From the NCBI GenBank assembly GCA_050246815.1, contig JBFWVI010000008.1, forward strand, positions 10,747-74,746: a stretch of 64,000 nucleotides of DNA, given 5' to 3'. The notes beneath the pieces are model-generated. The model was not told the origin of the DNA, did not search any database, and worked only from the letters and a program-made list of their open reading frames with translations. Shown here one piece after another: positions 38,004 through 47,168 of this stretch (position 1 is the first letter of the stretch; each line of letters starts with the position of its first letter). The position numbers were made by a program, and so were the translations under genes. This DNA comes from Bdellovibrionales bacterium. GTDB lineage: Bacteria; Bdellovibrionota; Bdellovibrionia; Bdellovibrionales; UBA1609.

Positions 38004-39377
38004 ATGTTAAAAGCGACTCTATTGCGCCTCTCGCTGATGATCCTGGTTATTGGCACAGTCGCCAATTCAGAAGAGACTTCTCCACGTGGGCGTCCCCAAT
38101 TGACTTTGATTCAAGGCGGGAAGTGCGATGACATTATTATTGCCAAACCCGCAACTGATCCGCTCGCAATGGCGCTTCAATCTGTCTATCAGGCCTTAAG
38201 CATTCCCATTTCGCTGAGCTCTCCACATGCAGAATTAGAGCTCTTTGAAAAAGCGGCAGGTCAACATTCAGGAAATCGCTATTTTTTTCGTGACTCGACG
38301 GCCCCAAGCGTAGCTTCACAGTTTTTCACAAAAAAAATTGGCAATTTTTTTGGCTTTGTCTTGCGCGATTCGCCAGGCGAACTGCCGGAGTTTTCGATCC
38401 CAGGTGGCAAAGAGCTCCAGCATGCGATTGCTGAATTCAATGCAGCGGCTGTAAAATTGAGAGTTCCCAAAATCGCATTTCGTTTCAAGGAGCTGCTTGT
38501 GCCCTTAGTGCCAGGAGCTGTGCCGAGCCACCTAAGACAGGTTGAGATTGACGTCAAGCTTAAACCGGACCTGACCAACTTCAATTCATTCTTTACTTTT
38601 GAAGTGGCTTCGACCCTTCAGTCTTGGTTTCACACGATGTCGTACATAGCGCCTGCCATGGCAATGCCTCCCGCGGTCCTTGAGTTTTTAGACGAAGTCA
38701 CGACTTTTAACCTCTCATTTCATCGCTCAATGGCTTTTGGTTTAGAGATGGCCAAAGACAAACACTCTGTCGATGACATCGAGTACATTCGTAAACAAAT
38801 TGAGGATTCCGAATCTAACGCTGCGGCGTATGCGCAGGTTTTTTTGGCACAAGGCCGGGAGTATTTGCATAGTTTTCTGGATTATGAGTCAAAAAACTTC
38901 AAGGGTCGATACCGGGCCTCAGGTAATTTAATGTGGTATTTTCGGCGCATCTTGCAGCGGTCCCCTTTGGATACTGCGGCCGAGTTCTGGCTCAGAGAAG
39001 ATTTTTTTCCAGATCACAATTTGGATATACGTAGACATTTTAAATTGGATGAAAAGGGTCGTTTGCGTTTTACCCCTCAGCGGGGGGAATTCCAACCGCA
39101 TGTTCTACAGCAGATTCGGCAAATGCTTCGTGTGAGTCGGGGCGTGGTCATGAATCCGTATGTGATTTTTCGCTTCAATGAGTTTCATGATTTTGTGAAA
39201 CAGTTGACTGACGGAAAAGAGTTGGTTCGCGCCGAAGCCCACTTGCGGCTGCCCGATTCGGGGCCTGGCTTGCCGCCTGATTTGAAGGGCAAATCCGAAG
39301 AAGAAAAATTCGCAGCCCTCATGGTGGCTCGAATCGACGAGATCGAGCGAGTGATTCGATACATTCGGGATCGGTAA
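38004..39377 (+). CDS. Orphan secreted hypothetical protein
   Basis: ORF 37959..39377; signal peptide begins at MLKATLLRLSLMILVIG. Confidence 0.65.
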   Translation: MLKATLLRLSLMILVIGTVANSEETSPRGRPQLTLIQGGKCDDIIIAKPATDPLAMALQSVYQALSIPISLSSPHAELELFEKAAGQHSGNRYFFRDSTAPSVASQFFTKKIGNFFGFVLRDSPGELPEFSIPGGKELQHAIAEFNAAAVKLRVPKIAFRFKELLVPLVPGAVPSHLRQVEIDVKLKPDLTNFNSFFTFEVASTLQSWFHTMSYIAPAMAMPPAVLEFLDEVTTFNLSFHRSMAFGLEMAKDKHSVDDIEYIRKQIEDSESNAAAYAQVFLAQGREYLHSFLDYESKNFKGRYRASGNLMWYFRRILQRSPLDTAAEFWLREDFFPDHNLDIRRHFKLDEKGRLRFTPQRGEFQPHVLQQIRQMLRVSRGVVMNPYVIFRFNEFHDFVKQLTDGKELVRAEAHLRLPDSGPGLPPDLKGKSEEEKFAALMVARIDEIERVIRYIRDR

Positions 39378-39580
39378 AGCTCTCCCCGCACTGGACGGGG
39401 CATGGTTACTGCAACTAACTGCTTTAATTTGCAGGAGAACGATGGAAATCGGGACTCTTCGCTCAGTTTGCGAGGAGCTTCTTCGTTCCGCGCCTTAAGT
39501 CGAGTGTTGGGCTAGGTGCGTTGCGGCCTTGGTCCAAAGACCCTTAAAATAGAAAGTGGACTTAAGGGTGGGAGCTTTTC

Positions 39581-40606
39581 ATGAGCACAGGTTGGATGTT
39601 GCAGGTTTTTGTCGACGTGGCACTGTTTTTGGGTGTGACGGTGGCGTGGTTTCGTTTGAATCGGCCGGCGCAAGATGATCCGCGTTTAAGCCGCGGCCTG
39701 CAGCTGTTGCAAAGTAAAATCGCGGTGCTGGAAGACTTAAGCGACCGCACCGATGCGCAAGTGAAGCAGCTCACCAGCTTGATCGAGCAAAAAGCCCGGC
39801 TGCTGCAAAACAAAATCATCGAAGCCGAACATCAGATCCGCCGCGTGGATCAGGCCATGCACAAAAGCAAAGAAGTGGCCGAAATTTTTCAGGATAAAAT
39901 TCCCCATCAAGAAATTATCGAACGCCAAAACACCATCAAGTACGTGAAGGCGGCAAAGCTTGCCCATGCTGGCAAAAGCCTTCAGGAGATAGCGGCCGCC
40001 GTGGATTTGCCCATGGTTCAACTTGAGCTGATCGCCAAACTGAACAAAGACCAATTGGTGTTTGATGCCGAAGCATTGCCGGAGTGGGCGCAAAATCAAA
40101 TCGTGGCGGACGATGCGGCCAACTTCACGGCCGAAGTGTTGGCCGTGCCCAGCGCCGCGCCTGCCAGCAGCGGCGGCGATTTGGCCACTTTATTTGAGCC
40201 ACCAAAAGAGGAGTACGCCTCTCTGAAGCGATTGGGTGAAGAGTTTCGCAACGCCTGCGTCGAATTTGATCGCCAACATGAGGGCTCAGAGGCCACCATG
40301 ACAGAGGCGCCTTTCACCGAAGCCGCCAATATGCCGAGCACGGCCGAGGACCCTTCTGCCATTTACGAAGGTGCGAAAAAAGTGACGGCGAAAATCGTTG
40401 CATCCGCTGGTGAATTTTTGCAGCAAGTGGAAGCCAAGGCCAAGGACTTCATTGAACCATCAGCGGCAAAGCCTGTGGTGAAAGTCAATCCACCCAGTCT
40501 GACCACTCCGCCACTATCGCCGAAGCCGGCCCCCATTCGCACCGGCACGGTCGAAGTGCGCAAGGTTGAATTCCCACGGGTTAATATTAACCAAAACCTG
40601 CGCTAG
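39581..40606 (+). CDS. DUF2802-like membrane-anchored coiled-coil protein
   Basis: N-terminal TM, coiled coil, Y.KA.KLA..G.S..EIA HTH-like motif. Confidence 0.65.
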   Translation: MSTGWMLQVFVDVALFLGVTVAWFRLNRPAQDDPRLSRGLQLLQSKIAVLEDLSDRTDAQVKQLTSLIEQKARLLQNKIIEAEHQIRRVDQAMHKSKEVAEIFQDKIPHQEIIERQNTIKYVKAAKLAHAGKSLQEIAAAVDLPMVQLELIAKLNKDQLVFDAEALPEWAQNQIVADDAANFTAEVLAVPSAAPASSGGDLATLFEPPKEEYASLKRLGEEFRNACVEFDRQHEGSEATMTEAPFTEAANMPSTAEDPSAIYEGAKKVTAKIVASAGEFLQQVEAKAKDFIEPSAAKPVVKVNPPSLTTPPLSPKPAPIRTGTVEVRKVEFPRVNINQNLR

Positions 40607-40617
40607 GTTGAACGAGC

Positions 40618-40851
40618 ATGCAGTTCCAATTGCCACGTTTGAAGATTGGCCAGCAGGTGCAAGCCGAGGTCAGTGAAGTCTTTGCCAACGGCGATGCCTT
40701 GGTCAGCTTTAGCGGTGATTTAGTTCGGATCACCAATCAAACGACACATCGATTTCAATTGGGCGAAACACTAACCCTAAGAGTGACCGCACTAAAGCCC
40801 CTGGCGTTTCAATGGATGGGGCGCAAGCGTGGCTTGGATGTGTCGATTTAA
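40618..40851 (+). CDS. Small OB-fold-like hypothetical protein
   Basis: 77-aa ORF with L.IGQ.V.A.V pattern. Confidence 0.55.
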   Translation: MQFQLPRLKIGQQVQAEVSEVFANGDALVSFSGDLVRITNQTTHRFQLGETLTLRVTALKPLAFQWMGRKRGLDVSI

Positions 40852-40853
40852 AA

Positions 40854-41354
40854 TTATTTTGTGCTTTCGCGCACAAAGCGCGACACATAATAGCGCACCA
40901 AATAGTCCAAATTGATTTGCAATTCGTTTGAGGTCCAAACCAATTCGCCATAGGCGCCCCAACGGGCTTTTAAGGTGTCCACGGGGCCGACGGCGGGGGT
41001 CTCCACCACGGCTTGTCCCGGTACAAAGTGCGGCGACGTGGCGTTGAAGCTGATCGTGATTAGACCGGGCTGTTTCATGGAGAAAATCAACTTGTAGCCG
41101 TTTCGAAACAACATGAAATCAGATTGGGTTTTTGAAATGCCGTAAATTTTTATGGTGCCGACGGCGGAACCTTTGAGCTGATTGAAGGTGGAGGCGGATT
41201 CAATAAAGCCGGTTTTTAAGTCGGCCAAAAATTCGGTGGTGGCCAGTTCCAGTTCGCGCTCGGCATCAAAACCCGCGCTCATATCGACCATGCCGGTGTC
41301 TTCCATCTGTTGTTCAGCTAGGACGAGATCTTTAATCCAATTTAATTTTTCCAT
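40854..41354 (-). CDS. Conserved hypothetical protein
   Basis: 166 aa; RBS GGGAG; IKIYGISKT..DFMLFRNG. Confidence 0.7.
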   Translation of the reverse strand: MEKLNWIKDLVLAEQQMEDTGMVDMSAGFDAERELELATTEFLADLKTGFIESASTFNQLKGSAVGTIKIYGISKTQSDFMLFRNGYKLIFSMKQPGLITISFNATSPHFVPGQAVVETPAVGPVDTLKARWGAYGELVWTSNELQINLDYLVRYYVSRFVRESTK

Positions 41355-41452
41355 TAGAACTCCCCCGCCGCCTGCACTTAACGCTGCAGCACAGCATAAT
41401 CATCATGGGCTGCACCGCAAAAGTCAACAGGGTGGCGGGGGGAATATGGTTT

Positions 41453-41812
41453 TTAGGCTACGGATTCGCGGTTCACGCTTTGATTATTGAAAAATGAAAC
41501 CTTCTTCGCATGGATGCTGAGTTTGGTTTCTTGAGTGCCGTCTTCACGAACTTGCGAATAGGGCGACAGTTGCCCCTCGACGAAGACCAGCGCGCCTTTG
41601 GCGATGCCATCGGTGCAGATTCGGGCTAATGTTCCCCAGACCATCACCGAATGCCAGTCCGTGCTTTCGGACCATTTCTCTTCTTCTTTTTCTTTCCAGC
41701 GGCGGTGGGTGGCGATGCTTAGGCGGGTGTAGGGTTGCCCGGCCTTGGTGGTCAATAGTTCGGGGGTGTGCCCGACATGACCAAGCAGAAAAACTTTATT
41801 GAGACTGCGCAT
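41453..41812 (-). CDS. ssb: Single-stranded DNA-binding protein (short, tail-less)
   Basis: RBS AAGGAGG, ATG 41812: MRSLNKVFLLG.VG..PE, TDWH.V..WG and KG.LVFVEG.L motifs. Confidence 0.88.
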   Translation of the reverse strand: MRSLNKVFLLGHVGHTPELLTTKAGQPYTRLSIATHRRWKEKEEEKWSESTDWHSVMVWGTLARICTDGIAKGALVFVEGQLSPYSQVREDGTQETKLSIHAKKVSFFNNQSVNRESVA

Positions 41813-42010
41813 AATTTGCCTCCTTGTGGCGAGTGATTCGAAATTGCAAAAATGGATTCCGCTGCGAGTCGCGAATGTGGCTGAGGTGGCCATCGCATTG
41901 GCCGTGATCCGGATTGTGAAACTAAGGCAGTTTTTAAGTTGTGGATTTGACAAACCCAAAAGGTCACCTAGAATGGGGGATCATTTTTTGACCGCAACCG
42001 GGAGTAGCAA

Positions 42011-42520
42011 ATGAAAAAAAACGCTTTGACCATCTTGGCCGTGACCGCGGCAGTGATTTTGACCTCAGCTTGCGGCAGCAAGAAAAAAAGCGGCGACGGA
42101 GTGAATGTCGGCGGCAATCCTGATGCCGGCATTGCAGCCAAAGAAATGGCCTTTGACGCCGCTGGTAGCGACTCGGGAACGATCGCTGGATTGTCGACCA
42201 TTTTCTTTGAGTACGATCAGGCCAACATCACCACGGCCGCTCGCCGCCAATTGGCCGCCAACGCCGAATGGATTAAAAACAACACCAATGTGGCCGTGCA
42301 AGTCGAAGGACACTGTGACGCTCGTGGCACCGTTGAATACAACATCGCTTTGGGTGAACGCCGCGCTTTAGCGGTCAAAAATTACCTGATCAGCTTAGGC
42401 ATTGATGGCAAGCGTTTGTCGGTCATTAGCTATGGCAAAGAGCGTCCCATGGTCCAAGGCGACAGCGAAGACGCTTACGGCAAAAATCGTCGCGCCAATT
42501 TTGTTCCTGTTCCTAAGTAA
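42011..42520 (+). CDS. pal: Peptidoglycan-associated lipoprotein
   Basis: Lipobox LTSAC; EGHCD.RGT.EYN.ALGERRA, SYGKE.P and NRR motifs. Confidence 0.93.
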   Translation: MKKNALTILAVTAAVILTSACGSKKKSGDGVNVGGNPDAGIAAKEMAFDAAGSDSGTIAGLSTIFFEYDQANITTAARRQLAANAEWIKNNTNVAVQVEGHCDARGTVEYNIALGERRALAVKNYLISLGIDGKRLSVISYGKERPMVQGDSEDAYGKNRRANFVPVPK

Positions 42521-42532
42521 GGCGGCTGACGC

Positions 42533-42853
42533 ATGAACCGTCGCATAAGGCGTTGGGGCATGGGTCTGCTGGTGCTTGGGGGGCTTACGGCCTGCGTGGT
42601 GGCCCCTTTGCCTGTGGAAGAGTACACCTTGGCCCGCGCGGCGGTCACGGCGGCGCGAGATTCAGGCGCCGAACGATTGGCGCCGGGGCTTTGGTACAAG
42701 GCCGAAGAAAATTACCGCAAAGGCCAAAAATTTCTCAAAGACAAAGATAACGAATCCGCCAAGAGCAGCTTTTTGAAGGCGATCGAGTTTTCGGAAAAAG
42801 CTGAAAACGCCTCACGGCTGAAAAAATATGAATCAGGGGAGTCTGTGCAATGA
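42533..42853 (+). CDS. DUF4398-like lipoprotein
   Basis: Lipobox LTAC; A..A..AA..GA...AP motif. Confidence 0.65.
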   Translation: MNRRIRRWGMGLLVLGGLTACVVAPLPVEEYTLARAAVTAARDSGAERLAPGLWYKAEENYRKGQKFLKDKDNESAKSSFLKAIEFSEKAENASRLKKYESGESVQ

Positions 42854-43509
42854 AAGCCAATTCGCTTTGGACCATTTTACTGCTGAGTCTTGTTTTGCCG
42901 GGTTGTTTGGCCACGCGAGCAGAGCTGAGAGGTGAGACAGACGCCCGCCGTACTCAAGTCAGCGCGGCTCAGGAGCGACAAGCCGTGCAAAGCACGCGTT
43001 TTGACGATTACGACCAGCAGTTTCGCCAAATGAATGGGCGCATGGATCAGGTTGAAAACCAGCTCACACAAATCAATGCCGGCCACGCCGACAAATCAAA
43101 CCAAGAGCAAAAGCGCCGTGATGAAATTGAAAAACGCCTTCGCGCCTATGAAGAGGCACTCAACAAACTTGAAGCCAAAGTGGCTGAGTTGCGGGAAGAG
43201 CTTAAAGCCAGCCAAAAACCGGTCAAAAAAGAGAGCGTGCCTGCCGGTGGCTTAGGCAGCAGTCTGACCGCGGCCGAAGCGGCTTTTGAACTGAAAGATT
43301 GGAAGCTGGCCATTGTCGAATACGAGAACTACCGCAAAGAAAACCCCAAGGGTAAAAGCTACGTTTTAGCCACTTACCGCATCGGTTTGGCCTTCCAAGA
43401 GCTTGGCAAAAAAGAAGAGGCCAAGGTCTTCTTTGAAGAGGTCGTGGCCAAGTTCCCCCAAAGCAAAGAAGCGAAAAAGGCTAGCCAGAAACTCAAGAGC
43501 ATGAAATAG
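42850..43509 (+). CDS. cpoB: Tol-Pal associated coiled-coil/TPR protein (CpoB/YbgF-like)
   Basis: Lipoprotein signal, coiled coil, TPR with Y..NP and VV.KFP.S; downstream of pal. Confidence 0.7.
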   Translation: MKANSLWTILLLSLVLPGCLATRAELRGETDARRTQVSAAQERQAVQSTRFDDYDQQFRQMNGRMDQVENQLTQINAGHADKSNQEQKRRDEIEKRLRAYEEALNKLEAKVAELREELKASQKPVKKESVPAGGLGSSLTAAEAAFELKDWKLAIVEYENYRKENPKGKSYVLATYRIGLAFQELGKKEEAKVFFEEVVAKFPQSKEAKKASQKLKSMK

Positions 43510-43515
43510 AGCCTT

Positions 43516-44559
43516 ATGGCTCAAATGAACCGCATTTTAGCGATTGAAACCAGCTGCGACGACACGTCCGTGGCCGTTGTCAGCGGTTTGGGGCGGGTTG
43601 AAGCCTGTTGTTCGGCCCATCAGGATTTGGCCCATGCCCCCTTTGGTGGCGTGGTGCCCGAGATCGCCAGTCGCAACCACACCGAAGCCATTTTACCGCT
43701 GGTTGAAACGGCCTTACAAAAAGCGGATCGCACCTGGACTGAAATTGAGGGGGTGGCCGTCACCAATCGCCCTGGCCTGCTCGGCTCACTTTTGGTGGGT
43801 GTTGTGACCGCAAAAACCTTGGCGCTGACCAAAAGCCTGCCCTGGATCGCGGTCAATCACATTGAAGGTCATCTGCTGGCGCCTTGGCTTCGTGATGACG
43901 ATTATGCTCCGCCAGAGGGGTTCGCGTTTCCGTATTTGGCGCTGGCCATCAGTGGCGGACACACCCATCTTTTTTTGGTGGAGGAGCTAGGGCGCTATCG
44001 ACTGCTTGGCAAAACCGTCGACGATGCGGCTGGCGAGGCCTTTGATAAATTTGCCAAAATGATGGGGCTTGGTTACCCGGGGGGCGTGCATGTTGATCGG
44101 CAGGCCAAAAGTGGCCGAGTTGATCGCTTTCAATTTCCGCGCTCGATGCTTAGGGAAGCTCATTTGGATTTTAGTTTTTCAGGTCTTAAAACAGCCGGTC
44201 AAAGGGCCCTTGAGGGGTTGTCCGAAGAGCAATTGAGCGAAGCGATCCCGGACCTGTGCGCCAGTTTTCAAGAGGCCATTGTCGATGTGCTTTTGGCCAA
44301 GCTTGAAAAGGCCGGCCAACAGTTTGGCGTGAAGCGCGTTGTGCTGACGGGTGGGGTCAGCGCCAACTCGCGTTTGCGTGAGCGCGCACAAAGCTTGGCA
44401 AATGCGCGTGGCTGGCAGTTGGCCGTGCCGCCACTTCGCTATTGCACGGACAACGCAGCCATGATCGGCTACGCAGGCCTTTTGCGTTTGCGCCGCGGGG
44501 AATATTCGGCGCAAGATTTGGGGCCCTCGCCGTCGTCATTGCCCACGGATTTTTTATGA
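43516..44559 (+). CDS. tsaD: tRNA N6-adenosine threonylcarbamoyltransferase
   Basis: LAIETSCDDT, GGVVPEIASR.H, NHIEGH, SGGHT, DDAAGEAFDK and CTDNAAMI motifs. Confidence 0.96.
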   Translation: MAQMNRILAIETSCDDTSVAVVSGLGRVEACCSAHQDLAHAPFGGVVPEIASRNHTEAILPLVETALQKADRTWTEIEGVAVTNRPGLLGSLLVGVVTAKTLALTKSLPWIAVNHIEGHLLAPWLRDDDYAPPEGFAFPYLALAISGGHTHLFLVEELGRYRLLGKTVDDAAGEAFDKFAKMMGLGYPGGVHVDRQAKSGRVDRFQFPRSMLREAHLDFSFSGLKTAGQRALEGLSEEQLSEAIPDLCASFQEAIVDVLLAKLEKAGQQFGVKRVVLTGGVSANSRLRERAQSLANARGWQLAVPPLRYCTDNAAMIGYAGLLRLRRGEYSAQDLGPSPSSLPTDFL

Positions 44560-45383
44560 GTGAAAGCCTGCTGTCACGAACCAAAGCGCGCATGCAAGAG
44601 CTTGGGCTTCAGCCGCAAAAAGGTTTGGGGCAAAACTTTTTAATCAGCCGCCATGTGGTCGACAAAATCATTCATGCCGTGGCGGCTCAAAATCCGCGTC
44701 AGCTTTTGGAAGTGGGCCCTGGCGTCGGTTCTTTGACCGAATCGTTGTTAGAAATGAATTTGCCCCTGACAATTATCGAGCTGGATCGGAGTTTGGCCGA
44801 ATACTGGCGCAAGCGCGGTCAAAACGTACTCGAAAACGATGCACTGAAGGTCAATTGGGCCCAAGCGGCTCCGGTGGCGCCAACAGTTTTGGTCAGCAAT
44901 CTGCCTTATCAAATTTCGACCCATCTGGTGATTGATTTGAGTTTTGGTCCTGCGACCATCCCCAGCATGGTGCTGATGTTTCAAAAAGAGGTGGCCGAAC
45001 GGTTAATGGCCAGGCCGCGCACCAGCGCTTATGGGCTTTTGAGCGTGATGTTGCAAAGCCATTGGCAGATGCAACGGGTGCTTGAGGCCGGTCCCGGCGA
45101 TTTTTGGCCCGCCCCGAAGATTGCAAGTCAAGTGGTGCAGTTTCAAAGAAAGCCCGCCCCCTTTGCCGGACGCGAAAAGGCCTATTTATCTTATTTAAAA
45201 GCCGCTTTCGCCCAGCGCCGCAAGTTTTTAAGCAAAAATCTACTCGCCCGCCCCCCTAAGCCTGGGCTAAATCAAGAGGCCATTGTGGCGGCCCTTGAAG
45301 AGCTTGGTTTGGGTTCTAGGGTGCGCGCAGAGGAGTTGAGCGTGGAGCAGTTTGAAAAGCTGTTCGAACGGATTGGGCAATAA
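44556..45383 (+). CDS. rsmA: 16S rRNA dimethyladenosine transferase
   Basis: K.LGQNFL, EVGPG.G.LT, SNLPYQIS, MFQKEVA.R and F.QRRK motifs. Confidence 0.94.
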   Translation: MSESLLSRTKARMQELGLQPQKGLGQNFLISRHVVDKIIHAVAAQNPRQLLEVGPGVGSLTESLLEMNLPLTIIELDRSLAEYWRKRGQNVLENDALKVNWAQAAPVAPTVLVSNLPYQISTHLVIDLSFGPATIPSMVLMFQKEVAERLMARPRTSAYGLLSVMLQSHWQMQRVLEAGPGDFWPAPKIASQVVQFQRKPAPFAGREKAYLSYLKAAFAQRRKFLSKNLLARPPKPGLNQEAIVAALEELGLGSRVRAEELSVEQFEKLFERIGQ

Positions 45384-45838
45384 TGGGCATTAAGATCATC
45401 ACCGATAATAAAAAGGCCCGCTTCGATTACCACATCGTGGAAACCTACGAGGCCGGCTTGGTGTTGACCGGCAGCGAGGTTAAATCCTTGCGTGAAGGCG
45501 ACTGCAGTCTCAAGGATAGCTATGTCGCCTTTGTAGGCGACGAGGCTTATGTTCAAAAAATGCACATCTCGGTTTACAAAGCCTCAAGCTACAACAATCA
45601 CGAGCCTGAGCGGCGCCGTAAACTTTTACTGAATCGCCACGAACTGAATAAAATCGAAGCGGCGATCCAAGAGAAGGGCTACACCTGCGTGCCGCTAAAG
45701 GCCTACTTCAAAGAAGGCCGTGCAAAACTTGAAATTGCGTTGGCCAAGGGCAAGCTTAAGGGGGATAAGCGGGATACGGCTAAGAAACGCGACGCGAATC
45801 GCGAGATTCAGCGTTCGTTGCGCCACTCAAAGCGCTAA
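45383..45838 (+). CDS. smpB: SsrA-binding protein
   Basis: NKKARFDY, EAGLVL.GSEVKSLR, R.RKLLL and KG....DKR motifs. Confidence 0.96.
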   Translation: MGIKIITDNKKARFDYHIVETYEAGLVLTGSEVKSLREGDCSLKDSYVAFVGDEAYVQKMHISVYKASSYNNHEPERRRKLLLNRHELNKIEAAIQEKGYTCVPLKAYFKEGRAKLEIALAKGKLKGDKRDTAKKRDANREIQRSLRHSKR

Positions 45839-46448
45839 GCACCGGGTAGGGCAAATCAGCCTTCAGGTTCAATTGCATGCTTTTTTCTTCGATCAGGGTG
45901 CGCCAAGCATTGAATGACTCTTTGTCTTCGGGATCAATTTTCAGTTTTTTAATCATTTCCAAGTCGCGTTTTAAGTTGGTGCGAAAAGACTCATAAAAGT
46001 AGTTGTACGAATCCACCATGTCTTGGAACTCGTCGGTATCACGGATGCGCACGGGGGCAATGTGCCATTGGCCACGGCTTAACCGTCGCAAATGGTTGCG
46101 GATCACCTTCAGCGGGCCGACGATTCGATTGGTCAGCTTAAAACTCAAAATCATAAAAAATGTAGTCAATCCTGAAAAGCCAACGAACAGCAGGCCCGTT
46201 ACCCAAATTTGCTCGCGTTCTAAATCATCCATCAGGGCGGGGGCGAATTGGTGGGCCAAATCGATGAAAATACGATAGTTTTGATTCAAGAACATAATGA
46301 TCGGCACGAAGGCGAAGATGGCGCCAAGAGCGGCCGCGACGATCACCACGCCGGCATAGCGGACTTGAAAATCACGGTCGATAAACCGTGAGGCACGTCG
46401 CTGGTGCGACGGAAGCTGCATGTATTCAAAGCCGCGGTGCCACCACAT
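45780..46448 (-). CDS. Two-TM HAMP-domain membrane protein
   Basis: I...FQ, two TM helices, TNRIVGPL and R..DEF motifs; convergent overlap with smpB. Confidence 0.7.
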   Translation of the reverse strand: MWWHRGFEYMQLPSHQRRASRFIDRDFQVRYAGVVIVAAALGAIFAFVPIIMFLNQNYRIFIDLAHQFAPALMDDLEREQIWVTGLLFVGFSGLTTFFMILSFKLTNRIVGPLKVIRNHLRRLSRGQWHIAPVRIRDTDEFQDMVDSYNYFYESFRTNLKRDLEMIKKLKIDPEDKESFNAWRTLIEEKSMQLNLKADLPYPVLSALSGATNAESRDSRRVS

Positions 46449-46505
46449 GATCCATTAAGTTTACCCGGTGTTGTGTTTCCCCCAAAGCTTCTCTAAGCTT
46501 GTGGT

Positions 46506-47168
46506 ATGAACTCTTTGCTTAAGTCGGTCGGCAAGATTTTCCTGTTGGTCCAAATAGGCGTTGCGGCCGGCTGCAAGTCCAGCCCCGGCCCAGACGAACC
46601 CGCGCCCTCGGTCCAGGTGCGCGAGCAGCTCGAGACTGAGATTTCGTTGAAGGCAGACCGCGAGAGCCTGGCCGAGTTGCGTAAAGAAGTTCCCGAGCAA
46701 AAACGCCAAGCCAATGACGAGCTGGCTTTGGTGCTGCAACTGATGGGTGAAGTGAAGTTGAACCCGTCTGAGGTGCAGAGCCGCTATCAGCGGGCCATGC
46801 AAAAGCGCCGCGCCGAATTCCGCGACAAAGTCCGTCAATTGCGCGAGACCTATCGCCGTGAAGAAGCCAAGCGCAAAGCCCATTTTTTAGATCAACAAAA
46901 ACAATCACGTGAAGATTTTAAAAGCCAGAGCGCCAAACGTGAGCAGGTTCGTGAATTTTATTCGGGCCAGGATCGCGAGCGCCAGCACTTCTTTGCGGGC
47001 GAGCGCGACCGTCGCAAGGACTTCGAAAGCGAAATCGACACACAAAGTAAGGATTTCGATTCCTACATGCGCGAAAAGCAAAAAGAATTTTTAGAGCAGC
47101 ATAGACTCTATTCAAAACGCTTTCGCGAAGCGCCGACCACCTTGGCCCCGCAGGGAACCGGTCAATAA
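46506..47168 (+). CDS. Charged coiled-coil lipoprotein
   Basis: Lipobox-like AAGC; R/E/K-rich helix. Confidence 0.65.
   Translation: MNSLLKSVGKIFLLVQIGVAAGCKSSPGPDEPAPSVQVREQLETEISLKADRESLAELRKEVPEQKRQANDELALVLQLMGEVKLNPSEVQSRYQRAMQKRRAEFRDKVRQLRETYRREEAKRKAHFLDQQKQSREDFKSQSAKREQVREFYSGQDRERQHFFAGERDRRKDFESEIDTQSKDFDSYMREKQKEFLEQHRLYSKRFREAPTTLAPQGTGQ

Noticed and set aside
45383..46500. tmRNA next to smpB
   Set aside because: Flanks are occupied by protein-coding genes; no tRNA-like ends were seen.
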